From assembly GCA_041165505.1 (NCBI GenBank), contig JBEANH010000001.1:12021-76020 (forward strand): DNA of 64,000 nucleotides. The letters are read 5' to 3'. Source of the stretch: Chloroflexota bacterium. GTDB lineage: Bacteria > Chloroflexota > Chloroflexia > Chloroflexales > Roseiflexaceae. Shown here one piece after another: positions 9,336 through 19,462 of the stretch. The translations under genes were made by a program, and so were the position numbers. Positions within the stretch are counted from its first letter, which is position 1. Every line of letters starts with the position of its first letter. Below the pieces are notes generated by a model. The model was given only the letters and a program-made list of their open reading frames with translations. It made no database searches and was not told the origin of the DNA.

Positions 9336-11804
9336 CTACACCGGGGTATTTTGCGACTGTGGTACTTCGAGTCGCTCGCTTTTGCTGAAGCGCAGTTGCT
9401 TGCCGTTTTCGTCAACTTCGGCAATCACCACATCTCCTGCCACAAAATTCCCCTTCAGGATTTCACGTGCCATCGGTGTTTCGATGGCGCGTTGGACGGT
9501 GCGGCGGAGTGGGCGTGCACCATAGGCCGGGTTGTAGCCTTCACGGACGAGCCACGCTTTGGCACTCGCATCGAGAGTGAGGGTGATTCCTTGTTCGAGC
9601 AGGCGCTTTTGTACGTCTGCGGCCACCAATTCGACGATGTGCGTTAATTCGACTTCGCTGAGTGGGTGGAAGACGATAATGTCGTCAATGCGGTTGAGAA
9701 ATTCGGGGCGGAATGCTTGTTTCATCGCTTCCATGACACGTGCCTGTGCTTGTGCCTGGTCATTGCGATCAGCGGTGCGGACCAGTCCGATGCCTTGCTG
9801 GCGGACATGCTCGGTGCCAATATTTGACGTCATAATCACAATCGTATTGCTGAAATCAACGGTACGACCCTGCCCGTCAGTAAGCCGACCGTCATCGAGC
9901 AACTGCAACAGCGTGTTGAAGACGTCAGGATGGGCTTTTTCGATTTCGTCGAAGAGTACAACCTGGTATGGTCGGCGCCGAATGCGTTCGGTGAGCTGAC
10001 CAGCATCATCGTAGCCGACATATCCGGGAGGCGCACCGATGAGGCGTGATACGGTGTGCCGCTCTTGGAATTCGGACATGTCAATGCGTGTCATCGCATC
10101 GTCGCTGTCGAACATGAATGCGGCCAAGGCCTTGGCCAACTCCGTTTTGCCAACACCTGTGGGCCCCACAAAAATGAAACTCCCAATCGGTCGGCGTGGA
10201 TCAGCCATGCCGCTCCGTGCCCGCCGAATAGCGTCAGAAATCGCAACAATCGCTTCGTGTTGACCGATTACGCGCTCTTGTAAGCGTGCTTCCATGTGGA
10301 CGAGTTTTTCACGTTCACGTTCGAGCATGCGTGCAACTGGTACACCTGTCCACGACGACACGATTTGGGCGATGTCTTCGGCGTCCACCGTCTCATCAAT
10401 GTTTGCCACGCGTTTCCAAGCATCTCGTTGTGTGGTGAATTCTTGCTCCAGTTTGAGGAACTCGGCACGAATCACTGCTGCCCGCTCGTAGTCACGCCGC
10501 TGGCTCGCATCTTCTTCGGATGTGCGCAATTCGGCGAGTTGTTGCTCCATGGTGCGCAGTTCTTTGGGCATGGAAAAGATGTCAATGCGAATTTTTGCGG
10601 CTGCTTCATCGAGCAGGTCAATGGCTTTGTCCGGCAAAAATCGATCCATGATGAACCGGCTCGACAAGCGCACTGCGGCCTCGATTGCGTCATCGTTGAT
10701 GACCAGTTGATGGTGCTCTTCGTAGCGATGTCGCAAGCCGCGCAACATTTCGATGGTGGTTGCCACATCAGGTTCTTCCACGAAGACGGGGCTGAAGCGA
10801 CGTTCGAGGGCAGGATCTTTTTCGATGTGTTTGCGATATTCGTCGAGTGTAGTTGCGCCGATTACCTGCATTTCACCACGTGCGAGCGCCGGTTTCAGCA
10901 TGTTGGACGCATCTATTGAGCCTTGTGCTGCACCTGCACCAACCACAGTGTGGAGCTCGTCAATAAACAAAATTATCTTGCCGTTGCTCGAACGGATTTC
11001 GTCCATCACTCCTTTGAGACGCTCTTCGAACTCGCCACGAAACTTTGAACCGGCGACCATTGCCCCTAAATCGAGGGACAACACCAATTTGTTGAGGAGT
11101 GTTTGTGGCACATCACCCGACTGGATGCGCTGTGCGAGACCTTCAGCAATCGCCGTTTTCCCTACGCCACTTTCACCAACAAGCACTGGGTTATTCTTGT
11201 TGCGCCGACTGAGAATGCGGATTACACGGATGATTTCCGCATCGCGACCGATCACCGGATCCAGCTTGCCTTCACTTGCAAGACGGGTCAAATCTACGCT
11301 GTACTTGGAGAGTACTTCGTATTTACTCTCTGCGTTCGGTGAATCTGAGCGCTGATTGCCGCGAATTTCCATCAGAGCCTGGTAGAGGCGTTCTTGGGTG
11401 ATATTGAAGCTTGTGAGAATGCGCTGTGACGCACCGTCACGCTCATTCAAAATTGCGATGAGCAAATGTTCGATGCCCGTAAACTGATCATTGAGCCGTT
11501 GGGTTTCTTCTTCGGCTCGTTTGACTAGCCGTTGTGTGCGTGGTGTGATATAGACTTGGTTGCCGTAGATGTTCTGCCCGTAGACCTTGGGTGATTTCTC
11601 GAGCTCGTATTCTACACGTTGAGCGATTTGCTCTACATCAACGCCCAGTTTAGCAAACGTCTTGCTGGCCAAGCCGTCGCGCTGGCGCAAAAGCGCCAAA
11701 AATATGTGCTCCACATCAAGTTGTGTGTGATGCAAGCTACTCATGATGTTCTGGGCTTCTTGGAATGCTTCCTGGGCCTTTTCGGTAAATCGTTCTAATC
11801 TCAT
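9336..11804 (-). CDS. clpC: ATP-dependent Clp protease ATP-binding subunit ClpC
   Basis: 822 aa. Has Clp_N repeats and two AAA+ modules ([18 protein letters not shown]). The middle region is short and UVR-like ([13 protein letters not shown]). An IGL ClpP-docking loop is present. Confidence 0.9.
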   Translation of the reverse strand: MRLERFTEKAQEAFQEAQNIMSSLHHTQLDVEHIFLALLRQRDGLASKTFAKLGVDVEQIAQRVEYELEKSPKVYGQNIYGNQVYITPRTQRLVKRAEEETQRLNDQFTGIEHLLIAILNERDGASQRILTSFNITQERLYQALMEIRGNQRSDSPNAESKYEVLSKYSVDLTRLASEGKLDPVIGRDAEIIRVIRILSRRNKNNPVLVGESGVGKTAIAEGLAQRIQSGDVPQTLLNKLVLSLDLGAMVAGSKFRGEFEERLKGVMDEIRSSNGKIILFIDELHTVVGAGAAQGSIDASNMLKPALARGEMQVIGATTLDEYRKHIEKDPALERRFSPVFVEEPDVATTIEMLRGLRHRYEEHHQLVINDDAIEAAVRLSSRFIMDRFLPDKAIDLLDEAAAKIRIDIFSMPKELRTMEQQLAELRTSEEDASQRRDYERAAVIRAEFLKLEQEFTTQRDAWKRVANIDETVDAEDIAQIVSSWTGVPVARMLEREREKLVHMEARLQERVIGQHEAIVAISDAIRRARSGMADPRRPIGSFIFVGPTGVGKTELAKALAAFMFDSDDAMTRIDMSEFQERHTVSRLIGAPPGYVGYDDAGQLTERIRRRPYQVVLFDEIEKAHPDVFNTLLQLLDDGRLTDGQGRTVDFSNTIVIMTSNIGTEHVRQQGIGLVRTADRNDQAQAQARVMEAMKQAFRPEFLNRIDDIIVFHPLSEVELTHIVELVAADVQKRLLEQGITLTLDASAKAWLVREGYNPAYGARPLRRTVQRAIETPMAREILKGNFVAGDVVIAEVDENGKQLRFSKSERLEVPQSQNTPV

Positions 11805-11971
11805 GGTTCACCTCGTGGTCACCTAAATTGTCGCTCTGACGATGACCTGCTGGTAGTATAGCATTAGGCGTTTGTTAAACCTATTTGAAGAATATTAGAA
11901 AATTTGTATGCGTTGCGGTCGTACAATCACAGCCGAATGCGCATGCACCCGACTGTGATTGTATGATGCAG

Positions 11972-12883
11972 TTACAGCATGTCATCCATTGACCAGTGGT
12001 TGTTCCAGCGTACGTCAATTTCGTCACGGACGCGCTGGAATCGGATATCCGTGGATAGCCGTAAGCGTCCTTCCTGTGACTCGTTGGTGGTAGCCGCATG
12101 AATCATGTAGGCGCTGTGTACCACCATGTCGCCTGCTTCGTAATCGGCTATCAACCAGCGTGTGTCGAGGCGATCAGCGAGATTGGGCAAGTCTTTGGTG
12201 AGCCACCCCGTGGAAGACATGTTTTTGTTGTAGGCGTTGATTTGCTCTTCACGCGACATGCCGTGATTCTGGGCACGGAACTCTTCCTCCATGCGCACAC
12301 CCCATGTATGTGATCCCTCGAGGTAGACAAGCCCACCCATGTGTACTGGGACATCTCCGATGGGAATCCAGCTCGTGGCCACTTGATCCGTCCCTGCGCG
12401 CAAATAGGTCAAATCGTAATGGGCACCGGTAGCCGCAGATTCGAATGGTTTGGTATGGCGGATGATTTTACGTTTGTGCAAATAGGGCGCCCCATCAAAC
12501 AACTGCTCATAAAACTCCCAGATGGGTTGTTGCAAGCAAAATGCTTCGTATGCGCACCAGCGGACAATTTCGTGATAGAGCTTGGCAATCTGCTTGTGGT
12601 CTTCGCCACCGCCACTGTATATGCCTTCAATTGGGTCAGTACCTGGCTTGAGCAAACCCGTTTCTGCAAATGCCGCAAAAAAACGTTTACGAAAGGCAAA
12701 AACAGCCTGACGATCGAGGATTCCTTTGAGCCACAAATATCCTTGTGCCTGAAATTGTTCACGCAACTGTGTAATTGGCGTATGTGGATTCGACGGTGTC
12801 AATCGTCCGAGTCGGCGCTCGTTGCCCTCGAGTATGAATCCGTTACTCTTGAGTGGCGTCGGATAGACAACTTCAGTCGTCAT
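11972..12883 (-). CDS. Phytanoyl-CoA dioxygenase (PhyH) family Fe(II)/2-oxoglutarate oxygenase
   Basis: 303 aa with an HxD facial-triad motif (GAHYD), a distal His (MIHAA) and a C-terminal Arg. AGGAGA RBS. Confidence 0.75.
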   Translation of the reverse strand: MTTEVVYPTPLKSNGFILEGNERRLGRLTPSNPHTPITQLREQFQAQGYLWLKGILDRQAVFAFRKRFFAAFAETGLLKPGTDPIEGIYSGGGEDHKQIAKLYHEIVRWCAYEAFCLQQPIWEFYEQLFDGAPYLHKRKIIRHTKPFESAATGAHYDLTYLRAGTDQVATSWIPIGDVPVHMGGLVYLEGSHTWGVRMEEEFRAQNHGMSREEQINAYNKNMSSTGWLTKDLPNLADRLDTRWLIADYEAGDMVVHSAYMIHAATTNESQEGRLRLSTDIRFQRVRDEIDVRWNNHWSMDDML

Positions 12884-12963
12884 CGTGTGTCTCCTGTGAT
12901 GAGTTGCTCTCTCCTAGTATATCAGAGCGTGTGTGGTGTGATTCACTCCCGGCATCTGATTCC

Positions 12964-14046
12964 TCATGGTGCAGACGGGTAGGTAACGTGCATATCAACT
13001 AATACGCCATCATCGCTAAACCCATGAGGCATCGGATACAAGGTAATCGAGATGGTAAATGCGTATCGTTGCTGTGTCTTGATTTCGTTGAGCACTTCTT
13101 GTATGTCGTGTTGTGCGGAAAACGTCGCTCCCCGGTAGCCAAATAGAATGCGTTTCTGTTGTTTGTGGAGTGCCTGGTATATGCGTGTGTTCAGTTGCGC
13201 CATTCCATGTACAGTGTACTCGGGCTCGAGATAGATGAGCCCCGTGTTGTGCATGATTGTGTGTACCATGCTGCGCTGTTGTGCTTTTGTCCGCCCGATG
13301 AGTGCGAGATGTGCGCGGTACTGCATGTGTGCATGCGGGAATGGTTTCTGTCCTGCGTGTACTGTTACTGTGTGGGTTCGTTGAATCTCTCGATCAGTCA
13401 ACAAGTAAAAGCGATACATGCTAAACGGCGTATTCGTATCGGCCACTGTGCTCCACGTGCTGTCAACGTGGTACCAGTGCTGGTCGAGCTGAACCATGTT
13501 CCACGCATGCGCTTCAAATTTCCCCGTTCCCGTGACGATGCGGCACGGTATCCCCACTGCATGACACAGATGCCAATATAGACTCGCATAGCCACTACAT
13601 ACCGTTGACTGTGTGGCGAGTGCGTCGTATGCCGTACGGCGCTGGAGCGTGTGGTCGTATCGTATGTGCGTGGTTATCCAGTCATGTATCGCTAGGAGTT
13701 TTTGTTGCTGGTGCATCGTCGGGTTAGTAATCTGCTGGATGATTTGTTGCACCTTTTGATTGACATAACTTAACTGTAAACTATCTTCGAGATACATAAT
13801 TTCAAATGCAAGCACGGTTTTGTTGGTGTAGACGGTGGTGCTAATTTGGTAGTGGGATACCGCATGGAAGTGTGGATCTGTTGCACCATGTAGAAATTGA
13901 CTTACTAATGCGGCGGGATTCACGATGCGCTTTTTTTCAAGATACGTAATTGTAAATGCGGAAACACGTTGCTGGAGCATGGTATCAATGCTCGTGCCAA
14001 TCGCAGCAAGTGTATGGGCTGTCAAGTCTGGTAGTGCATGTGTCAT
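12964..14046 (-). CDS. Transglutaminase-like cysteine protease-fold protein
   Basis: The Cys-His-Asp core is present (TVCSGYASLY, EAHAWNMV, HVDSTW). I placed the start at the ATG at 14046, because the longer ORF to 14355 would overlap the divergent AKR gene. Confidence 0.7.
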   Translation of the reverse strand: MTHALPDLTAHTLAAIGTSIDTMLQQRVSAFTITYLEKKRIVNPAALVSQFLHGATDPHFHAVSHYQISTTVYTNKTVLAFEIMYLEDSLQLSYVNQKVQQIIQQITNPTMHQQQKLLAIHDWITTHIRYDHTLQRRTAYDALATQSTVCSGYASLYWHLCHAVGIPCRIVTGTGKFEAHAWNMVQLDQHWYHVDSTWSTVADTNTPFSMYRFYLLTDREIQRTHTVTVHAGQKPFPHAHMQYRAHLALIGRTKAQQRSMVHTIMHNTGLIYLEPEYTVHGMAQLNTRIYQALHKQQKRILFGYRGATFSAQHDIQEVLNEIKTQQRYAFTISITLYPMPHGFSDDGVLVDMHVTYPSAP

Positions 14047-14106
14047 ACAGCATATTATAAATGGTATGATACGAGCGGATCGATTGCTGATGGAGGAAAT
14101 GCATTT

Positions 14107-15108
14107 ATGCCGTACAACGCAAACGCAGAGCGCTATGCCAGTATGCGTTACAACCGAACTGGGCGTAGTGGACTTAAGCTTCCTGCGATTTCCTTGGGGT
14201 TGTGGCACAACTTTGGTGGTGTTGATGTATACGAAAAATCGCGCGCCATGGTATTGGCGGCCTTTGACATGGGGATTACCCATTTCGATTTGGCCAACAA
14301 CTACGGGCCACCAGCTGGTTCTGCAGAAGAGACCTTTGGGCAGGTGATGCGCCACGATCTGCGTCCGTACCGCGATGAGATTATCGTTTCATCGAAGGCT
14401 GGCTACTACATGTGGCCAGGACCGTACGGCGAGTGGGGTTCACGAAAATACTTGGTGTCGAGTTGTGACCAGAGCCTCAAACGCATGGGGCTCGAGTACG
14501 TGGATATCTTTTATCATCATCGTCCCGATCCCGATACCCCCATCGAAGAGACCATGCAAGCCCTCGACTACATAGTACGCAGTGGTCGTGCACTGTACGT
14601 GGGTATTTCCAACTACCGACCTGCTCAAGCACGTGAAGCTTTTGCGATTTTGCGGCAGCTTGGGACGCCCTGTGTCATCCATCAGCCGTCGTACAACATG
14701 TTTGATCGCTGGATCGAAGAGACCGGTCTACTCGATGCCCTTGCCGAACACGGCGTCGGCTGTATCCCCTTTTCGCCGCTTGCCCAGGGTATGCTCACCG
14801 ACCGGTATTTGCAGGGTATCCCTGACGGGTCACGCGCCAGCAAGCCGCACGGTTTCTTGAAGCCGGATCGGGTCACCCCAGAAAAACTGGCGATAGTGAC
14901 CAAATTGCGCGATATGGCAAATGCACGTGGACAGAACACGGCTCAGCTTGCGCTTTCGTGGGTGTTACGTGATGCACGAATAACGTCTGCGTTGATTGGT
15001 GCCAGTTCCGTTGACCAGATCAAAGAGGCTGTGGGGGCACTTGCAGCTGCACCGCTCACTGCAGCTGAATCTGCGCGCATCGAGCAGATTTTACAAGGTC
15101 AGGATTAG
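14107..15108 (+). CDS. Aldo/keto reductase, YghZ (L-glyceraldehyde-3-phosphate reductase)-like
   Basis: RYNRTGRSGLKLPAISLGLWHNFG and GITHFDLANNYGPPAGSAEE closely resemble my memory of E. coli YghZ. I chose the ATG at 14107 as the start. Confidence 0.8.
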   Translation: MPYNANAERYASMRYNRTGRSGLKLPAISLGLWHNFGGVDVYEKSRAMVLAAFDMGITHFDLANNYGPPAGSAEETFGQVMRHDLRPYRDEIIVSSKAGYYMWPGPYGEWGSRKYLVSSCDQSLKRMGLEYVDIFYHHRPDPDTPIEETMQALDYIVRSGRALYVGISNYRPAQAREAFAILRQLGTPCVIHQPSYNMFDRWIEETGLLDALAEHGVGCIPFSPLAQGMLTDRYLQGIPDGSRASKPHGFLKPDRVTPEKLAIVTKLRDMANARGQNTAQLALSWVLRDARITSALIGASSVDQIKEAVGALAAAPLTAAESARIEQILQGQD

Positions 15109-15113
15109 TCATC

Positions 15114-15560
15114 ATGCTCGCGCGGTTGCTCATCTTTTTTGGCATACCGTTGACCTTGTTGCCGCTGGTCTTTCGTTGGGCCGTCGCACAAGCCACAGCT
15201 CAGGCCGAACAGAACGCCTTCGCACCGCACGTATCGCAGTACGCACACCAAAGTTCGCCGTATCTGCTTACCGCGGTTAATGTCGGGTTAGTGGTCGGAT
15301 TGGTGCCACTGGTGTTCGGGAACAAACCCCCACGGCAACAACGTTGCCGTGGGGGTTTGTTGTTATTGCAACGCACGAATGCGTGTCAACACGTCTGTTG
15401 TTTGGCTGACGTCGAGTGCACCCACAATGAAATCGCATTGCCATGTGTGTGCGGCTGCGATTTGTTGGAGGTTTCCTTTTGCTTTCTCGGCGCTGTATCC
15501 TTCGGGTTCGGCGGTGGCGGGCATGGCAAAGCCGAGACAATCTTGGTCGGGGGTGCGTGA
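15114..15560 (+). CDS. Possible small two-TM membrane protein; 3' end unresolved
   Basis: It starts 6 nt after the AKR stop, and the first ~70 codons encode two hydrophobic helices with coding-like codon usage. However, the frame runs through a 19-bp terminator hairpin and ~200 nt into the convergent gene. Confidence 0.25.
   Translation: MLARLLIFFGIPLTLLPLVFRWAVAQATAQAEQNAFAPHVSQYAHQSSPYLLTAVNVGLVVGLVPLVFGNKPPRQQRCRGGLLLLQRTNACQHVCCLADVECTHNEIALPCVCGCDLLEVSFCFLGAVSFGFGGGGHGKAETILVGGA
15321..15361. terminator. Bidirectional hairpin terminator
   Basis: Perfect 19-bp inverted repeat (AACAAACCCCCACGGCAAC / GTTGCCGTGGGGGTTTGTT) immediately after the stop of the minus-strand gene ending at 15363. 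Confidence 0.7.
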
Positions 15561-16442
15561 TATCCAGCGAATCGTAAAGGGGAGTTGGCTGGGCCGATGT
15601 GCCACGTAATCTGCACTGCCGTCGGGATGGACATGCACACTGTGTGCCCAGCCGTGGGCATCCGCGTTTGGGTTGATGGTAAACACCACTTCCGGGTTGA
15701 ATCCTAAATCAGGGCGTAACACATTGGCTTGCTCGGGGTGTTGTCCAAGTGATTCGATGAATTCTCGATACCCGGCGGGCGGAGAAATATGCGACGGGAT
15801 GCTCCGGCGTACGCGAATAGCATCGGCATGAGAAGGTGCACTGGTGTGTAACGCCCCCATATCAACGGGGCGGTAGTTGATGTGCGCCAGGTACATCAAA
15901 TCCATGGGCGTCTTTTTGTCGTTGTGGACGCGCATCGTCACCGTAAATATGGTTTGATTGGCGTAGAGTCGCACTTCTGGAGTTGCCACATAGTTATCGT
16001 TAAAGGCGACGGTGTGTCGAAATGCACCACTAATCGCAAGGTAATTGCCACGCTCATCGTTTCCCAACGTCAGCCATGCTTTTTGGTAGCGGGCGTTCGG
16101 TAATTCGCCATGCAACGGATGGTTGTCTTGTGGGCCGGGGACCCCCATGCGTGTGGCCCCGCAATGAATGAAGAAACCGCCATAGGTGTGCAGGTATGTG
16201 GACGTCGGTTGGGGTTCGCTGAACATGGATTTCATGCCGAGATCACGCCCGTCAAAATGTGCCGACCAAATCTGTTGCCCCTGGTATGGCAACATGACAA
16301 TGTGCCCACGTGCGTTGCTGATGTGTAGACCTGCTACGCCACTGTCAAACAAAAACGTATGCACGACAAAATCCGCAGTATCGAGTAAGAGATGGCGCTT
16401 GTCACGAAACATGTGCTCGCTGAGATGGATGACCGTACTCAT
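15363..16442 (-). CDS. Aldose-1-epimerase-fold protein (DUF4432-like)
   Basis: 359 aa. The overall sequence pattern (GGFFIHCGATRMG, HPLHGELPN) matches my recollection of the DUF4432/mutarotase-like family. A GAGGAG RBS lies inside the upstream gene's end. Confidence 0.6.
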   Translation of the reverse strand: MSTVIHLSEHMFRDKRHLLLDTADFVVHTFLFDSGVAGLHISNARGHIVMLPYQGQQIWSAHFDGRDLGMKSMFSEPQPTSTYLHTYGGFFIHCGATRMGVPGPQDNHPLHGELPNARYQKAWLTLGNDERGNYLAISGAFRHTVAFNDNYVATPEVRLYANQTIFTVTMRVHNDKKTPMDLMYLAHINYRPVDMGALHTSAPSHADAIRVRRSIPSHISPPAGYREFIESLGQHPEQANVLRPDLGFNPEVVFTINPNADAHGWAHSVHVHPDGSADYVAHRPSQLPFTIRWISRTPDQDCLGFAMPATAEPEGYSAEKAKGNLQQIAAAHTWQCDFIVGALDVSQTTDVLTRIRALQ

Positions 16443-16444
16443 AG

Positions 16445-17455
16445 TTACTCCTCATGTTCACTTTCATAGCGGATACCGGTATCACAGAGCTGGATTGGAA
16501 TAAACTGTAGCGTCGGGATGTGGTCACGAATCGCCGTACGATGATGGTTCGCAGATGTGCTATCTGGCCAGAGGACACAGACTGAGCCTCCATCTCCACC
16601 AGCACCATTGACTTTCCATCCCAGTGCACCTGCGCGTTGTGCATAGTCAATCAGGGCAGTGGCGTCAGCACAAATGAGTGCGGGGTGTAGTCTGTGTTGC
16701 GCTATCGTGTTCTGCTGTAATGCGATGCCGTAACGCCGCAGATCGCCCGCCAGTAATGCGGCACTGGCAGCGGCGGCCGCGTCACGTAGCGGTTGGAGTA
16801 GCTGTTGCGTTTCTGCTACGGTTTCGAGACGCCGAATGACCTCTTCGTGGACTTGCGACGACTGATGGGGGCGCCCCAAGTACCAGAGTTGCAGTTGCGC
16901 ATTCAGTTCGGCGCTGGTCTGGGGCGCAACGCGGCACGGGTTGACCTGACAATCCGGATAGTCGCTCATGATGATTTCATTGATACCACCAAATGCAGCT
17001 GCCATTTGATCCTGAATACCACTTTGCATGCCGAGTCGCGCGGTTTCCAGGATGTGTGCTGTGCGCGCCGCCTGATACGGTGTCAATCTGTCACCGTGCA
17101 GGTAGGAAAGTGCTGCCAGCAATGCCACAGATACTGCCGCAGATGTGCCGGTAGCGCATCCAGGAGGCATATCGGCACTGATGTGGATGTGCCATCCCGA
17201 CGTGGGTGGCGGAGGGATTTCGGCAAGCGCTGCAGCCAAAAGAGGATGCTGTTTCCGTAGCGCTTCGAGGTTGACATGCGGTGCATCGGCAACGCAAATC
17301 GTCAGCGTATCCGGGTGTGGGGTAATTGTGATTTGAACGCCCGGATTGACTGCAATACTGCAGACATGACCGTGGCCGGCAAACCAAGTGTCTGTCCAGC
17401 CACCCACATCACAGATGCGTACAGGTGCATATACGCTGAGCGTCGAACGTGTCAT
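16445..17455 (-). CDS. GHMP-family sugar kinase (fucokinase/heptose-kinase-like GGWTD type)
   Basis: 336 aa with the N-terminal CDVGGWTDT motif and the GHMP motif PPGCATGTSAA. Confidence 0.75.
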   Translation of the reverse strand: MTRSTLSVYAPVRICDVGGWTDTWFAGHGHVCSIAVNPGVQITITPHPDTLTICVADAPHVNLEALRKQHPLLAAALAEIPPPPTSGWHIHISADMPPGCATGTSAAVSVALLAALSYLHGDRLTPYQAARTAHILETARLGMQSGIQDQMAAAFGGINEIIMSDYPDCQVNPCRVAPQTSAELNAQLQLWYLGRPHQSSQVHEEVIRRLETVAETQQLLQPLRDAAAAASAALLAGDLRRYGIALQQNTIAQHRLHPALICADATALIDYAQRAGALGWKVNGAGGDGGSVCVLWPDSTSANHHRTAIRDHIPTLQFIPIQLCDTGIRYESEHEE

Positions 17456-17540
17456 ATCCCACTCAGATTCATCATGCGAATACCTCGGTCTATTATAGTC
17501 TGCTCATCCAGCACAGAAATTGGTACTGCAGCGCATGTGA

Positions 17541-19418
17541 CTACTCAGTCACTGGGGCTACATCGCGATTGCTCTTGCGCAATGGAATTTCATCGAGAAG
17601 GAACAAAATCAGTGTAAACGAGATGAGAACCAACCAGATTGCATCGAAGTAGATCTGTGTAATACTCGTCGTAAATGCGCGTTTCATGGCGCCCTCAATC
17701 TGTGTGCCAACCTGTGATGCTTGTATACGTGTTGCTTGATGCATTGTCTCAAGTTCTGTTTGGAGTGCTGGGAGCGTTTGTGGTGTGATGGTGCCACGTT
17801 CGATGACCGTGCGCAGGAGTACCGGTAACTGCGGATTGGCGAGTAGCTTGGTGCGCATCGCCTCATCGCCATTGGCCACCGCCACGATGTCGTCGTTGAG
17901 TGCCACAAACTGGCTGTCTACGGCCGCAAGGATTCGTTCTGTAGGTCCTTCACTATTTTCAGTGCCAGCTGTAACACTATTGCGTAGACTACTCCCCGTA
18001 AAATTGAGTTGTGCGTGGAGCGATGGTGGCAATTGGGCCATGATTGGTTGGAGTTCGCGGTTGATTTGTGCGGTGAGGGTGGTAGTAAGCACGACACCAA
18101 AAAGGGCCGCACCGATTGCCTGGCCTAGCTGTTGGAAAAATTGGCGATTGGCTACTGCCGTCCCCAAATATTGATACGGCACCGCATTTTGCATTGCCAA
18201 ATTGAGGAGCGGCAAGGTGGGGCCAAGCCCGATACCCAGAATAATCATGCGCCACACCACATCCGTGCTCGTGGAGGTTACGGACAGCTGTGTCATCAGA
18301 TAAAAGCCGATTAACATGACGGCGAACCCGACAAGAATGAACGGTTTATACCGGCCGGTACGACTCACGAGTTGTGACGAAACTACACTGCCAACCACGA
18401 AGCTCAGCATCAACGGTATCTGTGCACTACCGGCTTCAGTGGCGGTCACACCGAGGACATTGACCATGAAGAGTGACAAAAAGAGAAACGCACCAAAAAA
18501 CGCGGCACCGTTGAGGAGCGAAGAAAACATGGTGACACTGAATGTCTTCTCTTTGAACAGCGCTAACCGCAAAATGGGGGATTCTGCGCGTTGCTCTACC
18601 ATCAAAAAGAGGGTGATAAACAGGGCGGCCATTGCGAAAAAACCGATGACGAGTGGCGAATCCCATGGATGTAATTCTTTGTCAATGGTCAATCCCAACA
18701 ACAGTGGTACGACACCGAGCATCATGGTGATACTGCCAAGCCAGTCAATTTTGGCTTGTAGATGCCGACTCAGTGATGGCATATACCGCATAATGAAGGC
18801 AATTGCCACTACGCCAACTGGCAAATTGACATAAAACACCCAATGCCAACTCAACGTATCGGTAAGGTATCCACCCATTAATGGACCGATGATGCTCGAT
18901 ACACCAAAGACCGCACCAAAGATGCCCATGTACTTTGGGCGTTCAACTGGTGAAAAAAGATCCGCAGGAATGGCGAATGCTGTAGATGTCAAACCAGCGG
19001 CACCTATTCCCTGTACCACTCGGAATCCGATTAGTTGATAGATATCTGTGGCAAGACCGCACAATGCGGAACCGATGAGAAAGACTACAATTCCAAACAA
19101 GAGAATGATGCGCCGACCGTAATGGTCTGAAAGTTTGCCGTAGATTGGTACCATGGTGGTACTCGCCAATAGGTATGCCGTTGATGTCCAAGCCACAAAT
19201 TCGAGGCCGCGTAAATCGCGAATAATTGCGGGCATTGCTGTAGAAACAATGGTTTGGTCGAGTGATGAGAGAAAGAGTCCGAGCATAACGCTGGCCAAAA
19301 TGAACATTTTGGTGCGGTACGGCAAATCTTCGGCATGAAATTCCACTGGCGTTGCATGAGAAGTAGTCACGAATGTATTCCTTGTACTATTGGTGTCAGT
19401 GCATGGGAGTATAGACAC
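17541..19418 (-). CDS. MFS transporter, DHA2 (EmrB/QacA, 14-TMS) type with long C-terminal extension
   Basis: 625 aa with the LDQTIV motif in TM1 and many TM helices. A ~150-aa hydrophilic insert precedes a last TM. An alternative GTG start at 19370 has an AAGGA RBS. Confidence 0.8.
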   Translation of the reverse strand: MSILPCTDTNSTRNTFVTTSHATPVEFHAEDLPYRTKMFILASVMLGLFLSSLDQTIVSTAMPAIIRDLRGLEFVAWTSTAYLLASTTMVPIYGKLSDHYGRRIILLFGIVVFLIGSALCGLATDIYQLIGFRVVQGIGAAGLTSTAFAIPADLFSPVERPKYMGIFGAVFGVSSIIGPLMGGYLTDTLSWHWVFYVNLPVGVVAIAFIMRYMPSLSRHLQAKIDWLGSITMMLGVVPLLLGLTIDKELHPWDSPLVIGFFAMAALFITLFLMVEQRAESPILRLALFKEKTFSVTMFSSLLNGAAFFGAFLFLSLFMVNVLGVTATEAGSAQIPLMLSFVVGSVVSSQLVSRTGRYKPFILVGFAVMLIGFYLMTQLSVTSTSTDVVWRMIILGIGLGPTLPLLNLAMQNAVPYQYLGTAVANRQFFQQLGQAIGAALFGVVLTTTLTAQINRELQPIMAQLPPSLHAQLNFTGSSLRNSVTAGTENSEGPTERILAAVDSQFVALNDDIVAVANGDEAMRTKLLANPQLPVLLRTVIERGTITPQTLPALQTELETMHQATRIQASQVGTQIEGAMKRAFTTSITQIYFDAIWLVLISFTLILFLLDEIPLRKSNRDVAPVTE

Positions 19419-19462
19419 GTATCACTGGACACCGCAAGTGACTCGTGTGACTGAGAAACATA

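Noticed and set aside
10296-11355. The 207-aa and 200-aa plus-strand ORFs opposite clpC.
   Set aside because: They are antisense shadows of a highly conserved AAA+ gene and contain no recognisable motifs.
9336-11804. Calling this AAA+ chaperone ClpB.
   Set aside because: The middle domain is short and UVR-like rather than the long ClpB coiled coil, the total length is 822 aa, and an IGL ClpP-binding loop is present. All of these favour ClpC.
11921-11966. An 11-bp inverted repeat (TACAATCACAG...CTGTGATTGTA) after the PhyH gene, considered as a terminator or regulatory site for clpC.
   Set aside because: The loop is long (about 20 nt) and there is no U-tract. I found no CtsR, CIRCE or HAIR heat-shock operator consensus upstream of clpC. 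The evidence is too weak to annotate.
12964-14355. The full 463-aa ORF as the transglutaminase-like gene.
   Set aside because: The first 103 codons overlap the divergent AKR gene and its promoter region and look like non-protein sequence (Cys/Arg/Trp-rich). The internal ATG at 14046 gives a sensible N-terminus.
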